This document shows positions 30,642-41,702 of a stretch of 64,000 nucleotides of DNA, in pieces. Source of the stretch: an uncultured Pelagibacteraceae bacterium (GTDB taxonomy: Bacteria; Pseudomonadota; Alphaproteobacteria; Pelagibacterales; Pelagibacteraceae); contig CACMJX010000001.1 in assembly GCA_902614055.1 (NCBI GenBank), forward strand, positions 189,189 through 253,188. The letters are read 5' to 3'. How positions within the stretch are numbered: position 1 is the stretch's first letter; each line of letters starts with the position of its first letter. The translations under genes and the position numbers were made by a program. The notes under the pieces were generated by a model, which was not told where the DNA came from, ran no database searches, and saw only the letters and a list, made by a program, of their open reading frames with translations.

Positions 30642-31739
30642 TGGAACAGGAAATAGATAAATTTAAATCTGAAGTGATAAAGATAAATCAAAGAGTCAAG
30701 GAGTTTCTTTGAAACACAAAATATAGAGACAAAAAGAAATAAATTAAATGTCATTGTAGAAGATCCAAAATTTTGGAATGATAGAAAACAAGCTGAAAAA
30801 ATATTAAAGGAAAAAAAAGGTTACGATAATTTATTAGACTCTCACAAACAATCAGAGAAAGAGATTAATGAGCTATATGATATTTTTCAATTAGCTAGGG
30901 AAGAAAATGATAAACAACTAGTTCAAGAAACTTTAAAAAAATTTTCAAATCTAAAAAAAGAATTTAAAAAATTAGAAATTAAATGTTTTCTTTCTAATGA
31001 AAACGATATTTTAGATAGTTATTTAGAATTTCATGCAGGAGCAGGTGGCACCGAAAGTCAAGATTGGGCAGCAATGTTAAGAAGAATGTATATGAAATGG
31101 GCAGCTGTTCGAGATTACAAAGTAGAATTAATTAGCGAACATAAAGGAGAAGAAGCAGGAATAAAATCCTCAGTAATAAAAATCTCTGGAGAATACATTT
31201 ATGGCTTTTTAAAATCAGAGTCTGGGATACATCGTTTAGTTAGAATTTCACCTTTTGACTCAGGGGCTAGAAGACATACCAGTTTCGCAAGTGTTTGGGT
31301 TTATCCAGTAATTAGCGAGGATATAGATATAGAGATTTTAGATAAAGATTTAAGAATAGATACTTATAGATCAAGTGGAGCAGGTGGACAGCATGTAAAT
31401 ACAACAGATAGTGCTGTAAGAATTACCCATATTCCAAGTAAAATTGTTGTTCAATGTCAAAATGAAAGATCTCAACACAAAAATAAGGAAACATGTATGA
31501 ATATGCTTAAAGCGAGGCTCTATGAGTATGAAATCCAAAAAAGAAAAAAAGAGAGCGAAAATATTGAAAATTCAAAATCTGAAATTGGTTGGGGACATCA
31601 AATTAGATCATATGTGTTACATCCTTATAGATTGGTTAAAGATAACAGAACAAATTATGAGAACTCTAATCCAGATAAAGTTTTAGATGGTGAGATCGAT
31701 GATTTTTTAGAAAATTCTTTATATAAAATAAATGCGTAA
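30641..31739 (+). CDS. prfB: Peptide chain release factor 2, made by a programmed +1 frameshift (join 30641..30709, 30711..31739; about 365 aa)
   Basis: 23-codon first ORF ends CTT TGA; the +1 frame continues ETQNIE..PKFWND.. in frame with the tracked ORF carrying the SPF and GGQ motifs. Confidence 0.96.
30698..30713 (+). promoter_or_regulatory. prfB +1 ribosomal frameshift cassette
   Basis: AAGGAG (internal Shine-Dalgarno) - TTT - CTT TGA A. Confidence 0.93.
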
Positions 31740-34704
31740 AACTATTTTAATTATAATTTCAATAACTTTAACAGTCTTATTTTTTTCTCTAATTTATTTA
31801 AGCACTTATGGTGTGAAGACAGATAATTTTAATACATTTATAAATACCAAAATTAAGGAATATAATTCTAGATTAAATCTTAAACTTGATGTTGTCTTTA
31901 TTAAGTTAAATCTGATTCAAGGTTCTATAAATATTAATACCAAAGATGCAATCTTAATTGCTGAAAATAACGAAATTAAAATTTTAAATACAGATATAAA
32001 TTTAAATATTATAAAATTCATAAAAAAAGAAAACTCAATTAAAAATATAAAGATAAAATCATCAGAAAATTCTATAAAAAGAGTTACATCTTTATTAAAC
32101 ACTTTAAACTTCGACCTATCTAGATATATACTTTATAGCCAAATCAAAAAAGGGTTAATTAATTTTAATCTAGAGGCCGAATTTGATTCTATAAATCAAA
32201 AACTATATTCATATAGTCTTTCTGGTTCTATTAAAGAAGCAAAATTTAATTTATTAGGCTATGAGAGTATTGATGGAATAAATTTAGATTTTGATACTAA
32301 AGATAAATTGACAAAAATTTCAAATTTAAACTTTAGATACCAAAATTTAAATTTTGTATCAGAAAGTATTGAAATTAATGCTGAAAAGCCAGACTTGTTT
32401 TCTATAAAAGGAGATATAGAAAATTCTAAAGCATTAATAAATCCGAATGTATTATTTAAATTAGCAAATATCAAACAGGATTTTTTATCTAATATAGATA
32501 TTCCAATTACGAGTAAAAGTTTTTTTTCATTTAGGTTGAGTAAATTTAAAAAATTCGAAAATATAAAAATTGACTCAATTATAAATTTTGATGAAATATA
32601 CTTGTCTAAAAACTACAAAAATTTAATTTTTCTTAAAGATGGTACAATCAACTCTAAGTATGAAAATAAGCAATTTAATGCAGATTTAAGATCAAATTTC
32701 GTATTTACTAATAACTTAAAATCAAAAAATAATTATAAAAACAATAAATTAAAATTGTTTTTAAAAAGTAAAAATAATAAAAAAATCAAAATATATGGAA
32801 ATATTAGTAATAAAAAAACACTTTTAGATACCAAAATTCTTTTAAATTTTTTAGGATTAGATGACAATCTAATAGCTGATGAAAGTGTAAATATTGAAAC
32901 AGATAATCAATTCAAATTTGAAATTAATAAGAATAAAGTAGAAAATTACCTCATAAATTCAAAAATTGATTTTGATAAATTAAAGCTCAATAAAAAAATC
33001 CAAGATGATCTATATTTAAAAAATATAAAAACCAAATTAACTTTTGGTGATGAGATATTAAAGATAAATTTGAATAGTAATTATTCATTTTTAAATGAAA
33101 ACTATAATAATGAGTTAGACAATAATATTTTTAATTTAAAATTAGTTAACAATAGATCAAATATCAGCGATGTAGAAATCTTTTTAAAGTCTAAAAACAA
33201 TAATATTAATACAAGAGAATTTAAAAAATATTTTAAAGTTCAAGAAAGTTTAGTAGAAGATCAATTTATCAATATAGACTCTAATTTTTTGATTAATTTT
33301 TCCATTGATGATAAATTAAATATAAATAAACTTGACGTAACTTCAGATTTAAATGTTGATAGTCTAGATGTTAATTTTAAATCTAATCTTCTAAAAAAAT
33401 ATTTTGAAAATTATGAAAATAAAATATCTATCAGGGATTCAAATCTATCATTTAATTACTCAAATGATATAATTAATTTACAATTAGATGGAAAATATTT
33501 ATTAAATAAAAAAAAAGATAATTTTTTAATTAAATTTGAAGGAAACGAAAATAATTTTGAATTTTATTCATTACTGAATTTAGAAAAAAATATTTTAAAC
33601 TTAAGAGATATTCAATATTATAAAAAAAATAATATACCTGCAAAATTAGAAATTTTATTTAATAAATCAAAAAAAGGTTTTGACTTAAAAAAAATTAGCT
33701 TTAATGAAAATCAGAATTATATTTTAGCTCAAAATTTACATATTTCTCCAGACTTTAAGATAAAAAGTGTAGATGAAATTGACGTAAATTTTATAAATAC
33801 TAGTGGAATTTTAAACAACTTCAAAATTAAAAAAAATTTAAATAAGTATAATTTTATTGGAGGCCAAATTGATGGTGAACAATTAGTTGATAGACTATTG
33901 AAAAGAAATAAAAATAATAAAATCTACAAATTATTTCACAATATTAATACTTCATTGATATTGAACATAGATAAAATATATCTAGAAAAAGATACCTACC
34001 TTAAGAAATTTATAGGTGAATTTGATATAAAGGGAAATAAGTTATTCTTAGCCAAGGCTAATGCAATCTTAGAAAATAACAAAAAATTTTCTTATTCTTA
34101 TCGAACAACAATCAAAAATGAGAAAATTACAAATATATTCATTGAAGGACCAAAACCATTTATTAATAATTACAAATTTATTAAAGGTTTTGACGAAGGC
34201 GAATTAAAATTAAATTCTATGAAGATTGATAAAACTTCAAGATCAAATTTAAAAATTACTAATTTTAAAGTTAAAGAAGTTCCAGTTTTAGCAAAAATAC
34301 TGACTCTTGCATCTTTGCAGGGAATTGCTGATCTTTTAACAGGAGAAGGAATAAGATTTGATGAATTTGAAATGGATTTTAAGACAAAAAATAATCTAAC
34401 ACAAATCGATGAGCTTTACGCTCTTGGACCAGCTATTTCAATTATGATGGAAGGCTACATTGAGAAAGACAGAGTAACAAGTTTAAGAGGAACTTTAGTA
34501 CCTGCAACAACAATTAATAAAACAATATCCAAAATTCCTTTACTTGGTAACATCTTAGTTGGCAGTAAAACAGGCGAAGGTGTGTTTGGTGTTAGCTTTA
34601 AAATTAAGGGACCACCAAATAATTTAAAAAGTTCAGTTAATCCAATAAAAACTTTAACACCCAGGTTTATTACTAGGACGCTAGAAATTATTAAAGGTAA
34701 TTAA
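31732..34704 (+). CDS. AsmA-like/YhdP-type bridge-like lipid transfer protein
   Basis: N-terminal TM anchor, long beta-strand-patterned body, C-terminal LRGTLVPA..IN..ISKIPLLG.IL.G..GEGVFG..F.IKG....VNP..TLTP.F; next to tyrS. Confidence 0.8.
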   Translation: MRKTILIIISITLTVLFFSLIYLSTYGVKTDNFNTFINTKIKEYNSRLNLKLDVVFIKLNLIQGSININTKDAILIAENNEIKILNTDINLNIIKFIKKENSIKNIKIKSSENSIKRVTSLLNTLNFDLSRYILYSQIKKGLINFNLEAEFDSINQKLYSYSLSGSIKEAKFNLLGYESIDGINLDFDTKDKLTKISNLNFRYQNLNFVSESIEINAEKPDLFSIKGDIENSKALINPNVLFKLANIKQDFLSNIDIPITSKSFFSFRLSKFKKFENIKIDSIINFDEIYLSKNYKNLIFLKDGTINSKYENKQFNADLRSNFVFTNNLKSKNNYKNNKLKLFLKSKNNKKIKIYGNISNKKTLLDTKILLNFLGLDDNLIADESVNIETDNQFKFEINKNKVENYLINSKIDFDKLKLNKKIQDDLYLKNIKTKLTFGDEILKINLNSNYSFLNENYNNELDNNIFNLKLVNNRSNISDVEIFLKSKNNNINTREFKKYFKVQESLVEDQFINIDSNFLINFSIDDKLNINKLDVTSDLNVDSLDVNFKSNLLKKYFENYENKISIRDSNLSFNYSNDIINLQLDGKYLLNKKKDNFLIKFEGNENNFEFYSLLNLEKNILNLRDIQYYKKNNIPAKLEILFNKSKKGFDLKKISFNENQNYILAQNLHISPDFKIKSVDEIDVNFINTSGILNNFKIKKNLNKYNFIGGQIDGEQLVDRLLKRNKNNKIYKLFHNINTSLILNIDKIYLEKDTYLKKFIGEFDIKGNKLFLAKANAILENNKKFSYSYRTTIKNEKITNIFIEGPKPFINNYKFIKGFDEGELKLNSMKIDKTSRSNLKITNFKVKEVPVLAKILTLASLQGIADLLTGEGIRFDEFEMDFKTKNNLTQIDELYALGPAISIMMEGYIEKDRVTSLRGTLVPATTINKTISKIPLLGNILVGSKTGEGVFGVSFKIKGPPNNLKSSVNPIKTLTPRFITRTLEIIKGN

Positions 34705-35924
34705 ACTATAATTTTAAAGTGTTTCTTCTTTCCTATAGACAACTTTACAAAACCTTTGTCAGAGAGCAAGATTGGGTCAACAATATATTTTTCATCCTGT
34801 ATATTTATATTATCTATTTTAACAGCGTTTGACTTAATTAATCTTCTTATTTCAGATTTTGAAATATCTTTATTAACAAATGAAATAAGCTCTATAATAT
34901 TTTTCTTTAGAATGTCATTTTTTACTTTGATTCCTGGGAGATTTTCACCAGAAGAGTTTTCTTTGAAGGTATTTCTAGCAAGTTTTGCTGACTTTTCAGC
35001 TTCTTTTTTCCCATGAAGCATTTCTGTTGCATTATTGGCGAGTAAAATTTTTAATTCATTGATATTTTTATCTTTTAAATTATTTATTTCTTCTAAAGAT
35101 AAATCAGTGAACATTTTTAGAAACTTTAATACATCACGATCATCCGTGTTTCTCCAAAACTGCCAATAATCATATGGTGATAGCATGTCTTTATTGAGCC
35201 ATATTGCTCCTTTTTCAGTTTTGCCCATTTTAGCACCTGAGGCTAAAGTTATAAGAGGAGTAGTTAAACCATATACGTGATTTCCAGATTCTCTTTTAAT
35301 TAGCTCAACTCCATTTACTATATTGCCCCATTGATCTGATCCGCCAATTTGTAAACAACACTCGTTTGATTTATTAAGCTCATAAAAATCATATGCTTGT
35401 AGAATCATATAGTTAAATTCCATGAAACTTAATGATTGTTCTCTTTCTAATCTTAATTTTACACTATCAAATGTTAACATTTTATTGATTGTAAAATGTC
35501 TTCCTATATCTCTTAAAAAATCTATATAGTTAAGTTTGCTTAACCATTTATAATTATTAACAAATAAAGGTTTTAATTTTGGATTATTTGTTTTTAGGAA
35601 AATTTTAAAAACTTTTTTTATATTGTTAATATTACTCTCTATCTGTTTTTCAGATAATATTTTTCTAGTTTCTTCTTTTCCAGATGGATCTCCTATTCTT
35701 GTTGTTCCTCCACCTAAAAGGACAATTGGTCTATGACCATGTCTTTGTAAAAGCCTAAGACACATTATTTGTAATAAACTACCTACATGAAGACTGGGAG
35801 CAGTACTATCAAATCCAATATAAGCATTAGCGCTTTCTTTATTTAATAAATTTGATAATTCCAATTCATTGGTACATTGATAATAGTATCCTCTATCTTT
35901 AAATTCTTTTAAAAAATTATTCAT
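34701..35924 (-). CDS. tyrS: Tyrosine-tRNA ligase
   Basis: YIGFD.TAPSLHVG, QIGGSDQWGN, KMGKT, C-terminal S4 domain. Confidence 0.98.
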   Translation of the reverse strand: MNNFLKEFKDRGYYYQCTNELELSNLLNKESANAYIGFDSTAPSLHVGSLLQIMCLRLLQRHGHRPIVLLGGGTTRIGDPSGKEETRKILSEKQIESNINNIKKVFKIFLKTNNPKLKPLFVNNYKWLSKLNYIDFLRDIGRHFTINKMLTFDSVKLRLEREQSLSFMEFNYMILQAYDFYELNKSNECCLQIGGSDQWGNIVNGVELIKRESGNHVYGLTTPLITLASGAKMGKTEKGAIWLNKDMLSPYDYWQFWRNTDDRDVLKFLKMFTDLSLEEINNLKDKNINELKILLANNATEMLHGKKEAEKSAKLARNTFKENSSGENLPGIKVKNDILKKNIIELISFVNKDISKSEIRRLIKSNAVKIDNINIQDEKYIVDPILLSDKGFVKLSIGKKKHFKIIV

Positions 35925-35971
35925 AGGTCTATAGTCTTACAATATACATATTTTAATAAAAAAAAATAAGA

Positions 35972-37066
35972 ATGGAAAAAAATTTATCGGCACTTGGGTT
36001 TATGAGTGGCACATCTGGTGATGGTGTAGACTCGTCAGTTATAAGCTCTAATGGTAAAGACAGTATTATTATCAAATATAATAGATTTGATACTTATCCA
36101 TCAAAGATTTCAAATAAAATTCATAGAGTAAAAGAAACCATTTCAAAAATGCAAGATCTGCTAAAATATTCCTCTAATATTGAGGAATTAGAAAGAGAAA
36201 TCACAGACTTCCATGTCGATATTGCTATTAAAATATCCAAACACATTAATTATGATCTTATAGGTTTTCATGGTCATACAATTTATCATAATGCAGAAGA
36301 GAAAATTTCTAAGCAAATTGGTTTAGGTAATAGTTTATCAGGAAAAACTAATAAAACTGTAGTTTATGATTTCAGACAAAACGATATCAAAAACGGTGGT
36401 GATGGAGCACCTTTGGCTCCAATTTACCACCTTGCACTTATAAAAACCTTATTAAAAGAAAGTAAAGTTAAAATCCCTATTTCAATATTAAACATTGGGG
36501 GTATAGCAAACATAACTGAAATTGATAAAGATTTAAAAATATCAAGTAGAGATATCGGACCAGGAAATTGCTTAATTGATAAGTGGATGAGAAAAAATTC
36601 TAACAAAGCTTATGATAAGGATGGAAATTTTGCAATGAAAGGAAAAATAGACAAATTTATTTTTGATCAATACATGGAAAATTATTTTTATAGTAAAATT
36701 AATTCTAGGAGATCCCTGGATATAAATGATTTTGATATTTCCTTTGCAAAAGGTCTTTCCTTAGAAAATGGAACAACTACAATTACTGATTTAACATCTG
36801 AATTATTATCAAAAAAAATCGGAAAAAATAATATTTATGTTTGTGGTGGTGGTCGAAAAAATAAATACTTAATTAATTCACTGAAAAATAAAATTAAAAA
36901 TAAAGTTTCCTCAATTGATAATTTAAGTATTGACGGTGACTTTGTAGAGTCGCAAGCATTTGCATTCCTTGCAATTAGATCTTACTTAGGTCTGCCTATT
37001 TCATTTCCATCTACCACTAATTGTAAAATACCAACAGTTGGTGGTACTATTATTAAAAATTCTTAA
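35972..37066 (+). CDS. anmK: Anhydro-N-acetylmuramic acid kinase
   Basis: GFMSGTSGDG, GFHGHT, DFRQ.D..GG.GAPL, NIGGIAN, ESQAFA. Confidence 0.95.
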   Translation: MEKNLSALGFMSGTSGDGVDSSVISSNGKDSIIIKYNRFDTYPSKISNKIHRVKETISKMQDLLKYSSNIEELEREITDFHVDIAIKISKHINYDLIGFHGHTIYHNAEEKISKQIGLGNSLSGKTNKTVVYDFRQNDIKNGGDGAPLAPIYHLALIKTLLKESKVKIPISILNIGGIANITEIDKDLKISSRDIGPGNCLIDKWMRKNSNKAYDKDGNFAMKGKIDKFIFDQYMENYFYSKINSRRSLDINDFDISFAKGLSLENGTTTITDLTSELLSKKIGKNNIYVCGGGRKNKYLINSLKNKIKNKVSSIDNLSIDGDFVESQAFAFLAIRSYLGLPISFPSTTNCKIPTVGGTIIKNS

Positions 37067-37732
37067 TTAATATAAAGCAGTTTCTTTCTTTATGTATTTA
37101 TTAAGGGATTTAATTAAGGCTAAATCACTTTTAGAGAAAAAATGGTTTGCATCTTGAACAGCCTCAAATTCAACTTTAATACCTTTTTGTTCGCTAAGTC
37201 TTTTATTTAAATCATTCATATGTTCTATAGGAACTAGCTCATCTTTTTTTCCATAAATCATCGTACCAGATGTAGGACATGGTGATAAAAAAGAAAAATC
37301 ATAAACGTTAGGTTGAGGTGAGACAACAACGAACCTATTTATTTCAGGTCTTCTCATTAGTAATTGCATTGCTATCAAAGATCCAAAAGAAAAACCGGAA
37401 ATCCAACATTGAGAGTTATCAAAGTTTTCCCTCTCTAACCAATCTAAGGCAGCTGCTGCATCTGCGAGTTCTCCTTGCCCATTATCAAACTCACCATCGC
37501 TTTTTCCAACACCCCTAAAATTTACTCTACAAACTGAAAAATCATTATCGACAAATGTTTGAAATATATCGACAACTATCTTATTGTTCATTGTCCCACC
37601 GTACTGAGGATGAGGATGTAAAACTAATGCAATTGGTGAAGTATTTTTTTTACTTTTAAAGTATTTAGCTTCTAGTCTTCCGGCTGGACCTGGTATAAAT
37701 ATTTCTACAATTTTATTATCTACTGATGCCAT
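37067..37732 (-). CDS. Alpha/beta hydrolase (conserved next to iscR)
   Basis: GPAGRLE, HPHPQYGGTM, NFRGVG.S.G, GFSFG, HFF. Confidence 0.92.
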   Translation of the reverse strand: MASVDNKIVEIFIPGPAGRLEAKYFKSKKNTSPIALVLHPHPQYGGTMNNKIVVDIFQTFVDNDFSVCRVNFRGVGKSDGEFDNGQGELADAAAALDWLERENFDNSQCWISGFSFGSLIAMQLLMRRPEINRFVVVSPQPNVYDFSFLSPCPTSGTMIYGKKDELVPIEHMNDLNKRLSEQKGIKVEFEAVQDANHFFSKSDLALIKSLNKYIKKETALY

Positions 37733-37810
37733 TGATTATTAATCTCAAAAAAAGATAAGGTTTTTTCTATCAAAATTAAGTGACAAAATGCAAGTTTTTA
37801 AATAGCAATT

Positions 37811-37835
37811 AATCTTGACTAAAATAGTCGGGTAT
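37811..37835 (+). promoter_or_regulatory. IscR type-1 operator overlapping the -35 element of the iscR-suf promoter
   Basis: AATCTTGACTAAAATAGTCGGGTAT matches 23/25 positions of the recalled consensus ATASYYGACTRwwwYAGTCRRSTAT; contains TTGACT. Confidence 0.85.
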
Positions 37836-37862
37836 ATATAAGACCCGTAAATTGCGGAAAAT

Positions 37863-38285
37863 ATGAAATTATCAAGTAAAGGTAGATACGCTGTAATGGC
37901 TTTAGCGGATCTAGCAAAATTTAATTTAAAAGAGCCAGTATCTTTAAGAGACATATCTTTAAGACAGGGTATATCACTTGTTTACTTGGAACAGCTCTTT
38001 TCAAAATTAAAAAAAAAGCAAATTGTTACAAGCGTCAGAGGTAATAAAGGTGGTTATGTATTATCAAAACAAGCTTCTGAGATAAAAATTTCAGATGTGT
38101 TTATTGCTGTCGACGAAAAAGTAAAAACAGTTGGGTGTGAAAAGCATTCAGAGAGCGGGTGTAATGGTAAATCTTCTAAATGTATTACCCATGATTTATG
38201 GGATGAGCTAGAAGATTATATAAATAACTTTTTTCAGCAAAAAACATTAAGTGATTTAATTAATAAGAGAACATTAAATGGATAA
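37863..38285 (+). CDS. iscR: Rrf2-family Fe-S cluster regulator IscR
   Basis: [23 protein letters not shown]-x7-C-x6-C..H cluster ligands. Confidence 0.93.
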   Translation: MKLSSKGRYAVMALADLAKFNLKEPVSLRDISLRQGISLVYLEQLFSKLKKKQIVTSVRGNKGGYVLSKQASEIKISDVFIAVDEKVKTVGCEKHSESGCNGKSSKCITHDLWDELEDYINNFFQQKTLSDLINKRTLNG

Positions 38286-39720
38286 CAGACAAAAAGAAAT
38301 TGATAATTTAAAAGATTATAAGTACGGTTTTACAACTGATATTGAAAATACAAGAGCGCCTAAAGGATTAAATGAAGATGTGATAAAATTTATCTCTAAT
38401 GTTAAAAAAGAACCACAATGGATGCTTGATTTTAGATTAAAAGCATATGAAAGATTTAAACAGTTAAAAGAACCTGATTGGCAAAAACCAAAATATCCAA
38501 AAATAGATTACCAAGACATATATTATTATTCAGCTCCTAAAAGTATGAAAGATAAACCAAAAAACTTGGATGATTTAGACCCTAAACTTTTAGAAACTTA
38601 CAAAAAATTAGGTATACCACTACAAGAGCAAAAAAGACTTAATGGGATAGCAGTTGATGCAGTATTTGACTCCGTTTCTGTTGCAACAACATTTAGAGAA
38701 GAACTTACAAAACAGGGAATTATTTTTTGTCCAATTTCAGAAGCTATACAAAATCATCCTGAATTAGTTAAAAAATATTTAGGTTCAGTTATACCAGTCA
38801 CTGACCATTTCTTTGCAACTCTAAACTCTGCAGTTTTTACTGATGGATCATTTGCTTACATACCCGAAGGTGTACGCTGCCCAATGGAGCTTTCAACATA
38901 TTTTAGAATAAATGCATCTAACACAGGTCAGTTTGAAAGAACATTAATTGTTGCTGATAAGGGAAGCTATGTGAGTTATTTAGAAGGTTGTACTGCTCCA
39001 ATGCGAGATGAAAACCAATTACATGCTGCAAATGTTGAATTAGTTGCATTAGATAATGCTGAGATAAAATATTCTACAGTTCAGAATTGGTATCCTGGTG
39101 ATAAAGATGGAAAAGGTGGAATTTATAATTTTGTTACTAAGCGTGGTTTGTGCAAAGGAAAGAATTCAAAAATTTCATGGACCCAAGTTGAAACTGGTTC
39201 GGCTATTACTTGGAAATATCCAAGTTGTATTTTAAAAGGCGATAATTCTGTTGGCGAATTTTACTCAATAGCGATTACAAACAACCATCAAAAAGCAGAT
39301 ACTGGTACTAAAATGATACATTTAGGAAAAAATACTAAAAGTAAAATAATATCAAAGGGTATTAGCGCTGGTCACTCAGATATGACTTATAGAGGGTTAG
39401 TTGATATCTCATCAAAAGCGTCTAATTCCAATAATTATACTCAATGTGACTCTTTATTAATGGGCAACAAATGTGGGGCGCATACAGTTCCATATATTAA
39501 AAATAAAAACTCAGAATCCAATATTGCTCATGAGGCAACAACATCGAAAATTAGTGAAGAGCAATTACATTACTGTCAACAGAGAGGTTTGAGTGCTGAG
39601 GAGGCAGTAGGGTTAATTGTTAATGGATTTTGTAAAGAAGTATTACAACAATTACCAATGGAATTTGCCGTAGAAGCTCAAAAACTAGTTGGTATAAGCT
39701 TAGAAGGTAGTGTTGGTTAA
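38278..39720 (+). CDS. sufB: Fe-S cluster scaffold SufB
   Basis: [44 protein letters not shown]. Confidence 0.98.
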   Translation: MDNRQKEIDNLKDYKYGFTTDIENTRAPKGLNEDVIKFISNVKKEPQWMLDFRLKAYERFKQLKEPDWQKPKYPKIDYQDIYYYSAPKSMKDKPKNLDDLDPKLLETYKKLGIPLQEQKRLNGIAVDAVFDSVSVATTFREELTKQGIIFCPISEAIQNHPELVKKYLGSVIPVTDHFFATLNSAVFTDGSFAYIPEGVRCPMELSTYFRINASNTGQFERTLIVADKGSYVSYLEGCTAPMRDENQLHAANVELVALDNAEIKYSTVQNWYPGDKDGKGGIYNFVTKRGLCKGKNSKISWTQVETGSAITWKYPSCILKGDNSVGEFYSIAITNNHQKADTGTKMIHLGKNTKSKIISKGISAGHSDMTYRGLVDISSKASNSNNYTQCDSLLMGNKCGAHTVPYIKNKNSESNIAHEATTSKISEEQLHYCQQRGLSAEEAVGLIVNGFCKEVLQQLPMEFAVEAQKLVGISLEGSVG

Positions 39721-40454
39721 TGTTAAAAATAAATAAATTAAACGCAAAAATTGATAGCAAAGAAATTTTAAAGGAATTTTCTCTAAATATTAATCCTGGG
39801 GAGGTTCATGCTATTATGGGACCAAATGGATCTGGTAAAAGTACACTATCAAATATTTTATCAGGTAAGAAAGGATATGAAGTTTCAGGAGAAGTACTTT
39901 TTGAGGAAAAAGATCTGTTTGAACTTGAAACTGAGGAAAGAGCTCATAAAGGTATTTTTCTTGCCTTCCAATATCCATTAGAAATTCCAGGTGTTAATAC
40001 AAATATATTCCTAAAGACGTCATTAAACGCAGTGAGGAAAGCAAGAGGTGAGAAAGAGCTTGATGCTATAGAATTTTTAAAATTAGTGAAAGAAAAATCC
40101 AAAGAACTTAAATTTGATGAAGAAAAATTAAATAGGCAACTAAATGTTGGTTTTTCAGGTGGAGAGAAAAAGAAAAATGAAATTTTGCAAATGTCATTAT
40201 TAGCTCCTAAGTTATCAATATTAGATGAAACAGACTCAGGCTTAGATATTGATGCACTTAAAATTGTAGCTGATGGAGTAAATACATTAAGGGATAATAA
40301 AAATTCGTTTTTAATAATTACACATTACCAAAGATTACTTGATTATATCAAACCAGATTTTGTCCATGTTTTAATGGACGGAAAAATTATAAAATCTGGC
40401 GGTGCAGAATTAGCTTTGGAATTAGAAAAAAAGGGGTATGAAAATTTTCATTAG
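39720..40454 (+). CDS. sufC: Fe-S assembly ATPase SufC
   Basis: MGPNGSGKST, FSGGEKKKNE, LDETDSGLDIDAL. Confidence 0.98.
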   Translation: MLKINKLNAKIDSKEILKEFSLNINPGEVHAIMGPNGSGKSTLSNILSGKKGYEVSGEVLFEEKDLFELETEERAHKGIFLAFQYPLEIPGVNTNIFLKTSLNAVRKARGEKELDAIEFLKLVKEKSKELKFDEEKLNRQLNVGFSGGEKKKNEILQMSLLAPKLSILDETDSGLDIDALKIVADGVNTLRDNKNSFLIITHYQRLLDYIKPDFVHVLMDGKIIKSGGAELALELEKKGYENFH

Positions 40455-41702
40455 ATGAAAGAGCAATTACAAAAAGATTTTGATAATACTATTAAAAATT
40501 TAACTTTATCTCAAAAAGATATTGAAATTAAAAAATTTTATTTAGATAATTTTATTAATAAAGGTTTTCCAAACAGACGAGAAGAAGACTGGAAATTTTC
40601 TGATCTTAACCAAATAATAAAAAAAAATATTGGAGAGTTAAGCTTTTATAGTGACTATGCATCTACAAATAAAGTCGATACTTCTGCATTTGTAGATGGT
40701 CTAGAGCATAACAAAATAGTATTTATTAATGGAAGAATAGAAAAAATTGATTTTGATTATGAAAAAAAAGACCAAATAGAAATAATTGATCAGTCAGAAA
40801 CTATCAATAAATTCAATAATAATAGCTCTTTATCTGACTTAAATAGTGCTTTTACCAATAAGTCTTTTAAAATAGTGGTAAAAAAGGGTTATCAATTAAC
40901 AAAACCTCTTATTATCTATCACACAACCAACTCTAAAATCTGGTCTAAAAATATTAATTTAAGATTAAATTTTGAATTATATGAAAATAGTTCCCTAAGA
41001 TTAATTGATTTGTTTAGGGACACTTCAGAAAAAAATTTCTTAAATATTTTTTACAACTTTGATTTAAAAGAAAATTCTATTTTAAAAAATTACAAAGTAG
41101 ATAAATTTGAAAATAAAAATATTAAGTATGCCTTCAATAATATTGAGCAAGATAAAAATAGTATCTCTGAAACGTTCATTTTATCCTCGGGGTCAAATTT
41201 TTGTAAGAATGAAATTAACTGTAATTTAAATGGAGAATATTCATCAGCTTTTGTAAATGGTATTTTCTCTATAAATAATAATAAGCACCATGAAATTAGA
41301 ACAATTATTAATCACTTAAAAGAAAATACAAAAAGCTATCAACTTATAAAAAGTGTTTTAGAAGATAGTTCTAGAGCAGTATATCAAGGAAAAATATTTG
41401 TTAATTCTAAAGCACAGAAAACTGATGGTTATCAACTGAGTAAAGCTATATTGTTAAATAAAGACTCTGAGTTCAATGCTAAACCAGAGTTAGAAATTTA
41501 TGCAGATGACGTTAAATGTTCACATGGTTCTGCATCTGGTAGTCTCAATGAGGAATCGATATTTTATTTAATGTCAAGGGGATTAAATTATCAACAGTCG
41601 AGAGAACTTTTGATAAATGGTTTTCTATTAGACGTTGTTGAAAAAATTACTGACCCTGAAGTAAAAAACTTAATTAAAAATATGATTGGAATCAAGGAAT
41701 GA
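40455..41702 (+). CDS. sufD: Fe-S assembly protein SufD
   Basis: FP..EEDWKF, KPELEIYADDVKCSHG. Confidence 0.95.
   Translation: MKEQLQKDFDNTIKNLTLSQKDIEIKKFYLDNFINKGFPNRREEDWKFSDLNQIIKKNIGELSFYSDYASTNKVDTSAFVDGLEHNKIVFINGRIEKIDFDYEKKDQIEIIDQSETINKFNNNSSLSDLNSAFTNKSFKIVVKKGYQLTKPLIIYHTTNSKIWSKNINLRLNFELYENSSLRLIDLFRDTSEKNFLNIFYNFDLKENSILKNYKVDKFENKNIKYAFNNIEQDKNSISETFILSSGSNFCKNEINCNLNGEYSSAFVNGIFSINNNKHHEIRTIINHLKENTKSYQLIKSVLEDSSRAVYQGKIFVNSKAQKTDGYQLSKAILLNKDSEFNAKPELEIYADDVKCSHGSASGSLNEESIFYLMSRGLNYQQSRELLINGFLLDVVEKITDPEVKNLIKNMIGIKE

Noticed and set aside
30641-31073. Apparent 430-bp gap or truncated prfB pseudogene
   Set aside because: Fully explained by the programmed +1 frameshift; the two frames join into a normal-length RF2.
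37745-37954. 69-aa minus-strand ORF over the iscR promoter
   Set aside because: It overlaps iscR antisense and the IscR operator; the region is better explained as regulatory DNA.
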